IMG/VR virus record: IMGVR_UViG_3300025117_000015
Span: 1-42,500 of that record
Source: a virus
Direction: 5' to 3' (one strand)
Length of the DNA: 42,500 bases
The notes beneath the pieces are model-generated. The model did not search any database and had not been told where the DNA came from. It saw nothing but the letters and a program-made list of their open reading frames with translations. Position 1 is the first letter of the stretch; the number at the start of each line of letters is the position of its first letter. Shown in pieces: positions 24,168-32,438 of the stretch. The translations under genes were made by a program, and so were the position numbers.

Positions 24168-24787
24168 AAAAAGTCTTTATAGCAGTACCAACATGGAACG
24201 GGACTATACCCGTTGAATTGATGGCAAATCTCGTAAGTATGCGCATGCCGGAAGGATATGAAAAGTATTTTGGATATACGAAGAGGACAATGGTAGACGT
24301 AGCCAGAAACATGCTTGCTAACGGATTTTTACAACAGGGGTATGATTATCTGTTCTTTGTTGATGATGATACAATCCCGGCTGTTGATACGTTAGAACAG
24401 ATGATAAAGCTCGATAAAGATATTGTTGGAGTGCCAGTACCAGCCCGTGCAAATGCAGGTGAGGATAGGCTATGTATGTATGGCAAAGATAAAAGTGGAC
24501 AGTTGAATAAGCTGAAGAAGGCAAGAAAGATATTTGCTTGTGGTATGAGTTGCACTTTAATCAAGCGCAAGGTTGTAGAGGCCTTGGCAAAGAAGTACGA
24601 TTATCCTTTTGATTTTCAAGTGATTAAGGGAGTGAAATATCATGAAGACATAAACTTCTGCAGGAAAGCTAATCTATTAGGATTTGAAGTATGGGCAACG
24701 CCATTGAGGGTAAATCCGTATCATATTGGCAATCCGATTGCGTACACTTATGAACAGGATGGTATCAAATCTTTAGTACTCCCATAA
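24164..24787 (+). CDS. GT-A fold (family 2-like) glycosyltransferase
   Basis: FIAVPTWNG start, DxD motif in YLFFVDDDTIP, and a later HEDINFC segment. Confidence 0.6.
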   Translation: MKKVFIAVPTWNGTIPVELMANLVSMRMPEGYEKYFGYTKRTMVDVARNMLANGFLQQGYDYLFFVDDDTIPAVDTLEQMIKLDKDIVGVPVPARANAGEDRLCMYGKDKSGQLNKLKKARKIFACGMSCTLIKRKVVEALAKKYDYPFDFQVIKGVKYHEDINFCRKANLLGFEVWATPLRVNPYHIGNPIAYTYEQDGIKSLVLP

Positions 24788-24793
24788 AAAGAC

Positions 24794-24822
24794 TTGCTTT
24801 ATTTTAGTCTTTGTGCTAGTAA
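24794..24822 (+). promoter_or_regulatory. Extended -10 promoter candidate (TTGCTT-17 incl. TGc-TAGTAA) for the capsid operon
   Basis: It has the same spacing and the gtgcTA junction seen at 18186 and 19806. Confidence 0.4.
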
Positions 24823-25024
24823 TCTATTGACATCGGGAGAGCATTAGTTCTCCCACCTCGCCGCCCAATGCGTCATTTGGGATGTTAAGACTTTAATATC
24901 CTTTTGGCGCATTTTTTAGTTTAAACAAATACGCCAGTAGGATAAGACCGGCGTAACTTTCGCATACTCGCCAAGCGGACAGCTCCTTAGAAGAGCAAAT
25001 TTTTATTTCCTAATCAAGGATTAT

Positions 25025-25438
25025 ATGACATTCTCGCCAGCAAGCGGTACATGGAAAGTCATCAGAACACCATCTAAAGCATCTACGACTTACACAGTAG
25101 GTTCATTGATAGCAAATGATAGTACGAATGATGTCATGGCTACTGCACAGACACAACAGTACATCAGAGGTATTCTATTAGAAGCTAAATCTTCTGCTTC
25201 AGCAGGAACAGCTCCATTATCTATTCTAGCTCCTGTTGGAGTTGGATGCACGATGCTTGGAGATATGTACACAGGAGAAACGCTCGCAGCAGCAAATGTC
25301 GGAGCTTGTTTTGATATAAAATCTACAGGTTACGAAGTTTCTACAGCTACAACTTACAAACCTTTGCAGTTGACTAAATACATCTCTACTACAAAAGGAG
25401 AGTTTGCATTTAACTACACAACAGGTATTGAGAACTAG
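25025..25438 (+). CDS. Small Ser/Thr/Ala-rich head protein (possible decoration protein)
   Basis: A 137-aa ORF immediately upstream of the major capsid gene. The assignment is positional only. Confidence 0.35.
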   Translation: MTFSPASGTWKVIRTPSKASTTYTVGSLIANDSTNDVMATAQTQQYIRGILLEAKSSASAGTAPLSILAPVGVGCTMLGDMYTGETLAAANVGACFDIKSTGYEVSTATTYKPLQLTKYISTTKGEFAFNYTTGIEN

Positions 25439-25467
25439 AATCTTACTATTTAACTAACTAATAATTT

Positions 25468-26490
25468 ATGTCAACAAGTTTAATCAGTTCGCTGTCATAC
25501 ACGCAGTTTGCTGATACGACAGCTAGAATTTTCTACGGCGGAAAAGATTTGCCAGAAGTTGCAGACTTGGCAGACGTTATGAGTCTTTACAAGATTGATT
25601 CAATCCCTATGGGGACTGGAGAACAGAGAGTATATGATGAGATTGATGGTGAAACATACGCTCATTTCAAGGCTCAAGGTTCTGATGCTACAAAGACTCA
25701 AACAGTAGCAGGCTACAGCAAGACTATGTATGTAAGACGTTTTGCTGCTGAAATCGATATCACATACGAAGCAAGAGCATACGGCAAGGAACAAGAAGTA
25801 ATCAGGAAGTTAACTTCTTTGGCTACATTCTGTCCTCAAAAGATGGCTCTTGATTTGACTCATCGTTTCTCTTTCGCAACAGCTACGGCTTATACGGATA
25901 TGGATGGTGAATCAGTTGATATATCAATGGGTGATACTCTAGCTATGACTTCTGCAAGCCATACATTGACGGGTTCATCTTCTTTATATTCAACAGTAAT
26001 CACTTCAAACCCACAATTCTCACAAGGTTCTTATGAGGTTGCAGTTGGTAGAGCAAACAGCCAAGTCTTGAATAACTTCGGTGAAATCAGACTTTCTTCT
26101 GCTCAACCGGTTGTAGTTACTTCTAACGACCCTTCAACAGTAAGAGAAGTTAGACAACTTTTGACTTCAACTGCTGATGTTGATGGCGCACACGCTGGTA
26201 TCACAAACGTCTACAAGAATATGTTCAGACACGTTATTCTTCCACGTCTTGATACTACAGCTACAGGAGCAAAAGACTCTACAAAGAGCAAATACTGGTT
26301 CTACATTTTGCCAGAGGTTGCAGAATTGCACTTAGGTGTATGGGAACAACCACATCTAAAGATGCCAGCAGAAGGCAACAATGGTGAGGATTTGCACAAT
26401 GATAACTGGACTTTCGGTTGCAGATGCGGTTATGGAATCGCAATCCCTACAGCTCGCGGAATTTTCCACAGTACGGGTTTAGGTGCATAA
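25468..26490 (+). CDS. Major capsid protein
   Basis: A 340-aa ORF in the canonical position after the portal/scaffold genes. Composition and size are typical of HK97-fold coat proteins. It is not verified by search. Confidence 0.6.
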   Translation: MSTSLISSLSYTQFADTTARIFYGGKDLPEVADLADVMSLYKIDSIPMGTGEQRVYDEIDGETYAHFKAQGSDATKTQTVAGYSKTMYVRRFAAEIDITYEARAYGKEQEVIRKLTSLATFCPQKMALDLTHRFSFATATAYTDMDGESVDISMGDTLAMTSASHTLTGSSSLYSTVITSNPQFSQGSYEVAVGRANSQVLNNFGEIRLSSAQPVVVTSNDPSTVREVRQLLTSTADVDGAHAGITNVYKNMFRHVILPRLDTTATGAKDSTKSKYWFYILPEVAELHLGVWEQPHLKMPAEGNNGEDLHNDNWTFGCRCGYGIAIPTARGIFHSTGLGA

Positions 26491-26586
26491 ATTCTAGTTT
26501 TGTCAAGTTTTATTTCAATCTTGTTTATCCGTGTAGGCTTAGGCCGAGGTGGTGGAGGTGGATAGATGAGAGATAACTAATCAAAT

Positions 26587-27594
26587 ATGTATAATCAAAA
26601 CTCAGGGTACGGTGCAGCAATTCTAAACATGGTTGCTTCACAAGTACCAACATTCGGTAGGATATTCGTAGTTTTCAATTCTGGTGATACTGATGAGGGC
26701 AATTATCAGATGATGCAAGATATTGCAAAGACTGACCCAAATGGTGTTGTTAGATTCTACACGAGCTTGTCAGATGCTTACGATGCAACTGAAAGCAACA
26801 ACAACGATGTTATTTTGCTCGATGCAAATAGCACTCATTCGTTGAGTTCAGGTTTGGCTATCACCAAAAACAGAGTCCACTTTATGGGTATGGATGGTGG
26901 CGATAGACTTGTGCAACAGGGTGCAAAAGTACAACTTGCTGCAGCTGCTACTACGGCCTATGTTATGAAAAACACAGGTGTTCGCAATAGCTTCCGTAAT
27001 ATCAAGTTTATTCAAGCTGCTACTGCTGCTACCGGATTAACAGTAGTACAAGATGGTGGTGAAGGTGGGCTTTATAAAAATTGTTCATTTGTATTTGCAA
27101 CAGCAGAGAATCTCGACCAGACAGATTGTTTTGAATTTGTCGCCGGTTCAGATAGCAATACTTATATCAACTGCACATTTGGAGCTGATACACTTTTGAC
27201 TTCTGCTGCAAGAGCAGTAATGAGTATCGACCAAGTAACATCAGGACAAGAATTTAAGTCCAACATTTTCAAAGACTGCACATGGATTATATCTTCGTCA
27301 TCTAGTACAGCTACACACATCAGACTTTCTGCAGTAGGCGACATTTTGTATTCAAACCTATTCGATAGATGTAACTTTGTTGCATCTGTAGATTCTGCTG
27401 GTGGTGCTGCAATAGCTGAAAGCGTACAAACAGGTACAGGAACAGTTAAAGGTGTTCTTTGTTTCTCACATCCTGCAACTTTCAATTCAACTGATTTTGC
27501 TACTGCTACAAGCGGAAGAAATACAGCAATCCAAATGGTTGGTGTTGTAACTACTGCTGGAACAGGTGGTATTGGTGTTACTCCAACAGCTTAG
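26587..27594 (+). CDS. Right-handed beta-helix (pectin-lyase-fold-like) structural protein
   Basis: Periodic motifs FRNIKFIQ, YKNCSFVF, YINCTFGA, FKDCTWII and FDRCNFVA suggest stacked coils. Confidence 0.5.
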   Translation: MYNQNSGYGAAILNMVASQVPTFGRIFVVFNSGDTDEGNYQMMQDIAKTDPNGVVRFYTSLSDAYDATESNNNDVILLDANSTHSLSSGLAITKNRVHFMGMDGGDRLVQQGAKVQLAAAATTAYVMKNTGVRNSFRNIKFIQAATAATGLTVVQDGGEGGLYKNCSFVFATAENLDQTDCFEFVAGSDSNTYINCTFGADTLLTSAARAVMSIDQVTSGQEFKSNIFKDCTWIISSSSSTATHIRLSAVGDILYSNLFDRCNFVASVDSAGGAAIAESVQTGTGTVKGVLCFSHPATFNSTDFATATSGRNTAIQMVGVVTTAGTGGIGVTPTA

Positions 27595-27613
27595 TAATTT
27601 AAAATAAATTCTT

Positions 27614-27823
27614 ATGGCTAGACCAAAGAAAGTAAAGGTAATAGAAGAGGCAGCAAAGGTTGAGGAAACGCCTGTAATTGTAGAACAACCTGTTGAGCTT
27701 CCGAAATTCCCTTATACAGTAAAGCTGAATGGTGCTCGCATCATAGTCGTTGGCCACTCTAAAGACGCCAAAGGAGCATTGCTCTTGAACGCTAGTGATG
27801 GATGTACCTATCATGCTGAATAA
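27614..27823 (+). CDS. Hypothetical protein (69 aa)
   Basis: ORF in the operon. Confidence 0.45.
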   Translation: MARPKKVKVIEEAAKVEETPVIVEQPVELPKFPYTVKLNGARIIVVGHSKDAKGALLLNASDGCTYHAE

Positions 27824-27829
27824 GATTTA

Positions 27830-27869
27830 GAGGAGGAGGGGGTGAGCTAACGGTTCGGCTCGCCTCCTC
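27830..27869 (+). terminator. GC-rich stem-loop (possible terminator or processing site, no U-tract)
   Basis: gaggagg...gagc (27830..27847) pairs with gctc.cctcctc (27858..27869) and is followed by an A-run. Confidence 0.3.
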
Positions 27870-27909
27870 AAAAATCCGATTCAGCTACTATAATTTAAAA
27901 CAATAATAT

Positions 27910-29439
27910 ATGACTCTATTAGAAGGACAGGCTAATGTTAAGCCACAAACGCCGATGCCAGTTGAGCGTATTGATGATTCCTGCGTAGTCACCGCAGTAA
28001 GTGGTGAAACTTTCGTATGGTATTATCTCAATTCAACAGTATGGGCTGCAGGAGTAGGACAAGCAGCTAAAACGATAGTATGGGGCAAGACGACTTATGA
28101 TAACATCTTAAATTCTTCTGCTTCTGCTATTGGTAGTTACAACGATACTTCGGTATCTTTCGCAGCAGCAGACAGAGCGGCGACTAAAGTATCAATACCT
28201 GAAGAAGTATTTTCAGCAATGGTTACGATGAGTCCGGCAGACCAGAAGGCAACAATTACGCCTTATCTCGCAACTGCTGGTGATTATGCAATTGACCATC
28301 GCAGAGGTATGGTATGGTTAAATTCAAAGGCTACAGTAGCTAATGATTCAATAAGTTATTCTTACAGAACCCCAACAACAGGAGGAAGTGCTGGGGATAA
28401 AGTTGATATTATAAAGATAAATGGCGATGCAGTAGCCGCAGCAAATACAGCGAGAACAACTGCTACGAAAGTCATCCCAACGCAAAACATTGGAGCTGAT
28501 GGTACAGTACCTCCAACTGGTTCACTTCTCACAAATGCGCCTTTTGCTAAGATTACAGATGGTACTAGCAATTTAACTCTTGGTACTGGCACAACTAAAA
28601 CAGTTCCAGCAGAATTGAATGACGGTACTACTAAGATTGTATTTGGAACTGGCACGACCAAGAACGTTCCAGTTGGATTAAACGATGGGACTACGGCTAT
28701 TACTTTTGGTACGGGGACGCAAAAAACTGTACCTACTGCAATAAGTGACGGTACAAGTGAAGTTGACGTTATCGCTACAATCAATTCGATGAAGACAGAT
28801 TTGTCATCTGTAGCAGGAACGGCAACTGTTACGGCAGGTGTAAATGGTTTACAAGCTATTGGAGGGAATACGGCACATGATGGAATAGACGCTGGGAATC
28901 CTATCAAGATTGGTTTCAAAGCTGTTGACCCCACTTCTCTACCTGCCGATGTTAGTGCTAGTGATAGAGTTGATGCTATCGGTTCTCTAAAAGGTGAAAC
29001 TTTAGTTTACAATACTAGGCTGGGAGCAGGAGAAGACCAGACAAATAATATAACAGCAGTTGTTGTAAAACCTATTGCTGTTAATACTTACGCACTTTCA
29101 ACAGATATACCTGCTGCATTAGAGGCAAGTACCGTAACGAAAGCAAGCGCAGGAAATGTATATGTTTGCAGAGGAAGATTGGATTCAACTGCTGCAAGTG
29201 GAACTTATTATATACAACTTTTAAACGCATCTTCTTTGCCTGCTGATGGTGCTGTAACGCACTTGAAAGCTCCGTTTAAGATAATCCACACAACTGGTAC
29301 AGATTCATTCTGGGATTTCGAGATTAACTGCAATTATCCTGTATATGCTTCTACTGGTATCGTTGTTTGTTTATCTAGCACAGAGTTTACAAAGACAATC
29401 GGAGGCAGCTATCTATCTACAAACGTTTCATATCTATAA
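27910..29439 (+). CDS. Structural protein with three internal 21-aa repeats
   Basis: GTGTTKTVPAELNDGTTKIVF / GTGTTKNVPVGLNDGTTAITF / GTGTQKTVPTAISDGTSEVDV. Confidence 0.6.
   Translation: MTLLEGQANVKPQTPMPVERIDDSCVVTAVSGETFVWYYLNSTVWAAGVGQAAKTIVWGKTTYDNILNSSASAIGSYNDTSVSFAAADRAATKVSIPEEVFSAMVTMSPADQKATITPYLATAGDYAIDHRRGMVWLNSKATVANDSISYSYRTPTTGGSAGDKVDIIKINGDAVAAANTARTTATKVIPTQNIGADGTVPPTGSLLTNAPFAKITDGTSNLTLGTGTTKTVPAELNDGTTKIVFGTGTTKNVPVGLNDGTTAITFGTGTQKTVPTAISDGTSEVDVIATINSMKTDLSSVAGTATVTAGVNGLQAIGGNTAHDGIDAGNPIKIGFKAVDPTSLPADVSASDRVDAIGSLKGETLVYNTRLGAGEDQTNNITAVVVKPIAVNTYALSTDIPAALEASTVTKASAGNVYVCRGRLDSTAASGTYYIQLLNASSLPADGAVTHLKAPFKIIHTTGTDSFWDFEINCNYPVYASTGIVVCLSSTEFTKTIGGSYLSTNVSYL
28561..28770. 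repeat. Tandem 63-bp coding repeats (three full units plus a partial unit)
   Basis: Read directly. Units start at 28561, 28624 and 28687. Confidence 0.8.
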
Positions 29440-29449
29440 TTAAACTTAT

Positions 29450-29902
29450 ATGACTCCTTTAACACAGAACTACCCACCTCTAACGCAGATTACGGCAAAG
29501 GCAGCGGCAAATCTTCCACAGTCGACCGCTGGTGCTTTGTTTAACGTAACTGGCAGGGTGGCGATATTCGCTCTTGAATTAGAAGTAGGAACAGCAATTC
29601 AAGACCAAGCGAACAACACTAAACTGCAATACAACCCTACGAATGGAAGTACGACAGATATAACTGCTGCATTGAATATACAGAACGACCCTACGAGGAC
29701 AAGATATTATGCAACATCAACAAACACAGATGCCATGAAAGAGGCGGCTGACGGAGCTGTTAGCTTCCCGTTCTTTTCAAGCCCTCTTACATTCCCAGCA
29801 GGTGCAGTCGAATTAGATTGCGCTGCTTCGAATACAGGTACGGTTTCTGCGGTTATACATTGGTCACCTTTAACACCAGGTTCAACTGTAACTTCTGCTT
29901 AA
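29450..29902 (+). CDS. Structural protein (150 aa)
   Basis: ORF in the tail/fibre module. Confidence 0.55.
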   Translation: MTPLTQNYPPLTQITAKAAANLPQSTAGALFNVTGRVAIFALELEVGTAIQDQANNTKLQYNPTNGSTTDITAALNIQNDPTRTRYYATSTNTDAMKEAADGAVSFPFFSSPLTFPAGAVELDCAASNTGTVSAVIHWSPLTPGSTVTSA

Positions 29903-29903
29903 T

Positions 29904-30251
29904 ATGCAAACTTCTTATAAATTCTGGTACATAACAAGAAGCGATGACGGCTACATCTTAGAAGCTGCTATCCGTTTCTATGAAGGCGAAACTGCCAAAA
30001 GACGAGAATATAAAGAAGATGGGTCTTACAATATGGTTACTAAATACAGAAGAGCGAAACAGCTTACACGAGAAGATATGTCTCATTTTGCTGACAAGCG
30101 AACTAAAAAAGAGGCGAATGGAAATGATACTGTTGTTTTTACTCAAGGCGATTTCGGACAGATTAAAACAGACCAAGAACTTGTTTCGTTTTTGAACATG
30201 CAGTTGGCAAAGGATTCAAGTAGAACACCTATTAACGAACAAACAGCATGA
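29904..30251 (+). CDS. Hypothetical protein (115 aa)
   Basis: ORF tightly packed with its neighbours. Confidence 0.55.
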   Translation: MQTSYKFWYITRSDDGYILEAAIRFYEGETAKRREYKEDGSYNMVTKYRRAKQLTREDMSHFADKRTKKEANGNDTVVFTQGDFGQIKTDQELVSFLNMQLAKDSSRTPINEQTA

Positions 30252-30907
30252 CAGTAACAACCTTTTATTCGGCGGCAGGAGATGGGATTGTATATACAGC
30301 AGATAAAGCTGCATGGGCTGATGCGCAAGGGGCTGCTGATGGCGATGGCGCAGTAGAAATTGCCTCTGCTGATGGAGCAAGGTCTATGTTCCAAGCAGAC
30401 GGTAACTTCGCAATATCAAGAGATTATTTCCCTATTGATACATCTGCGCTACCAGATACAGACGTTATATCCGCTGCTAAATTGCAGATATATGTAATTT
30501 CTATTACCGACCAAGACAATGACGACCAAGCGTATCTAGCCGTGATTCAAACCACGCAAGCTAGTACGGCTTCTCTTGCGGTTGGAGATTATGACGCTGT
30601 TGGCACAACAAAAGGTTCGTCTAATTACGATATTACTTCTATATCTACTGGCGGATATTACGATTATTCCTTAAACGCAACTGGTATCGGGTGGATAGAT
30701 AAGACTGGTTATACAAAACTAGGCATAAGAGAAGGACACGACTTGGAAAACACAGCAATAGATTCAAGTGGTGGAGAGAAGAAGAATTGTGCAAGCCATT
30801 ATTATACGGAAGAAGCAGATGTTACAAAAGACCCGAAGCTAGAAGTTACTCATGCAGCCGCAGCAACAACAGGAAGACTTCCACAATTATCTTATTATTA
30901 TAAATAA
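30248..30907 (+). CDS. Structural protein (219 aa)
   Basis: ORF with a 4-nt overlap with the upstream gene. Confidence 0.55.
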   Translation: MTVTTFYSAAGDGIVYTADKAAWADAQGAADGDGAVEIASADGARSMFQADGNFAISRDYFPIDTSALPDTDVISAAKLQIYVISITDQDNDDQAYLAVIQTTQASTASLAVGDYDAVGTTKGSSNYDITSISTGGYYDYSLNATGIGWIDKTGYTKLGIREGHDLENTAIDSSGGEKKNCASHYYTEEADVTKDPKLEVTHAAAATTGRLPQLSYYYK

Positions 30908-30914
30908 ACACACT

Positions 30915-31121
30915 ATGGCAACATTTGAAAAACGCAACGTTACTTATCTCGAAAACGAGGTAGGTGCAAAAGTAAAAACAGTCTGTGAAGCAAAGTTTAT
31001 TAGAGATGATGCAGTAGAGAGTGAATGGCAAAGATACGAGGTCGACGGAGAAGATAGCGCAAAGCTAGATGAGGAATTGCAAAAAGCAGCAGATGAATAC
31101 AACACAAGAACAATAATCTAA
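30915..31121 (+). CDS. Hypothetical protein (68 aa from the ATG at 30915)
   Basis: The track ORF starts at 30852 inside the previous gene. The ATG at 30915 follows that gene's stop. Confidence 0.45.
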   Translation: MATFEKRNVTYLENEVGAKVKTVCEAKFIRDDAVESEWQRYEVDGEDSAKLDEELQKAADEYNTRTII

Positions 31122-31126
31122 ATTCT

Positions 31127-31924
31127 ATGGCTAGAACAGCTATTACTTCAGCTAGGACGGCAATCGCATCGGCTAGAACAGCTATCGCAACACGAAGACC
31201 AGTCGTAAGAGATTTCCCATATTCTATTCGGCTGTCAGGAGCTTCGTCTTATTTCAATATACCCAACGCAAACGCTTTGGAAGATTTGTTTGTAGGTGGG
31301 TCAAGTTTCATTACGTGGTTTAAGGCAGAGGCATCTTCTGCTGCTGTCGTATTCCCGATATATTCCCCTACTTCGTCAGTACAGGGTTGGTGGCTGCAAT
31401 TTGATTCAGGTGGTACTTATCCTGTTAATAGAGTTAGATTTGGGTCTGCTTATACCGCTTCAAACAGGCTTTACAAAACACCATTACTAAGCCTGCCATA
31501 TAACAGATGGATTTGTGCCCAGGTTTCATACAATGCGAGTACGCCAGAAACAGTACCGATTATAACATTGAATGGCGTTAATCAAACGATTACAGCAAGT
31601 GGAACTGGAACGGAATACCTTACCGATGATACTAAAGCATGGCGTAGTTCAAACGGGGCGGCTAACACTAATTTAGTAGTAGGCGGAGAGATGAGATGGA
31701 TAAAAGGGAAGCAGATGACGTTAACGGAAATGCAGGATTATTATTACGACAATACTATCCCTGTTGGCGGTACTCTTTTAGCACATTATAAATTCGCAGA
31801 TGGTGCTGGGGCGTCTGTTACAGATGCAAGTGGAAACGGGAATACCATGAGTCTTAATGGAACTTATGAATGGTTAGCAAATGAAGGCCCAGAAATGGGC
31901 AAACTTAGAACAGTAATCTCTTAA
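31127..31924 (+). CDS. LamG/concanavalin-like jelly-roll structural protein with an N-terminal ARTAI x3 repeat
   Basis: IRLSGASSYFNIPNA... and ...VTDASGNGNTMSLNG resemble Laminin_G_3-type motifs. Confidence 0.5.
   Translation: MARTAITSARTAIASARTAIATRRPVVRDFPYSIRLSGASSYFNIPNANALEDLFVGGSSFITWFKAEASSAAVVFPIYSPTSSVQGWWLQFDSGGTYPVNRVRFGSAYTASNRLYKTPLLSLPYNRWICAQVSYNASTPETVPIITLNGVNQTITASGTGTEYLTDDTKAWRSSNGAANTNLVVGGEMRWIKGKQMTLTEMQDYYYDNTIPVGGTLLAHYKFADGAGASVTDASGNGNTMSLNGTYEWLANEGPEMGKLRTVIS
31130..31192. repeat. Three tandem 21-bp units encoding ARTAITS/ARTAIAS/ARTAIAT
   Basis: Read directly at the 5' end of the CDS. Confidence 0.8.
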
Positions 31925-31928
31925 ATTT

Positions 31929-32411
31929 ATGAGTGGACAAATAACATGGGCTGCAATTCAGGCATTAAACACAGCTGCTCCTGCAACTCCTACGGTGGGG
32001 TCGGCGTATGACGTTCTCCACGATATAGAGGAACACATACACTCCGCTCAAAAAGTTTATCCTACACTCGCAGCAGGTATAACTGCTACTGGGGGTGCAG
32101 GAGCTTGGCAATTAGGCGATTTTATAGAAGTAGTTCCTGCTAGTACGATTACAAGCACTTTCGATATACACTTTCTAAACGTGGCTGCCGCTTCGGCTTC
32201 AGACACTTATGAACTTGTTCTGTATTATGGAGAGTCAGATACGGAATGTGGCAGGGCAAGAATCACTAGAGCTTCAGGTACAAATAGCGTTGCGCCTACA
32301 CCTATGACAACACCAAAAATACCAGCCAACTCAAAAATAAGAGCAAAGGTAGCATCATCAAGTGGAGGTGGCGATACTCTGACGTTCTCGATATTTTATC
32401 ATACTTACTAA
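31929..32411 (+). CDS. Structural protein (160 aa)
   Basis: ORF in the fibre module. Confidence 0.55.
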   Translation: MSGQITWAAIQALNTAAPATPTVGSAYDVLHDIEEHIHSAQKVYPTLAAGITATGGAGAWQLGDFIEVVPASTITSTFDIHFLNVAAASASDTYELVLYYGESDTECGRARITRASGTNSVAPTPMTTPKIPANSKIRAKVASSSGGGDTLTFSIFYHTY

Positions 32412-32438
32412 GAGGCTCGAATAATTTAATTTAAAAAT

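Noticed and set aside
26546-26563. G-run tract (gaggtggtggaggtgg) downstream of the capsid gene as a G-quadruplex
   Set aside because: It has only GG doublets and is short, so it is weak as a G4. It is more likely part of an imperfect stem (tatcc 26526..26530 / ggata 26561..26565) or simply spacer.
28561-28770. Diversity-generating retroelement target (repeat pairs in a structural gene)
   Set aside because: No reverse transcriptase ORF exists anywhere in the genome. The repeats are tandem protein-level structural units rather than a template/variable repeat pair with adenine-specific differences.
28362-28934. 190-aa minus-strand ORF inside the repeat-containing structural gene
   Set aside because: It is an antisense shadow within a long, well-supported plus-strand gene. 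No independent start context supports it.
30852-30914. Upstream extension (MQPQQQQEDFH...) of the 89-aa track ORF
   Set aside because: It overlaps the 3' end of gene 30248..30907. The ATG at 30915 after that gene's stop is the more plausible start.
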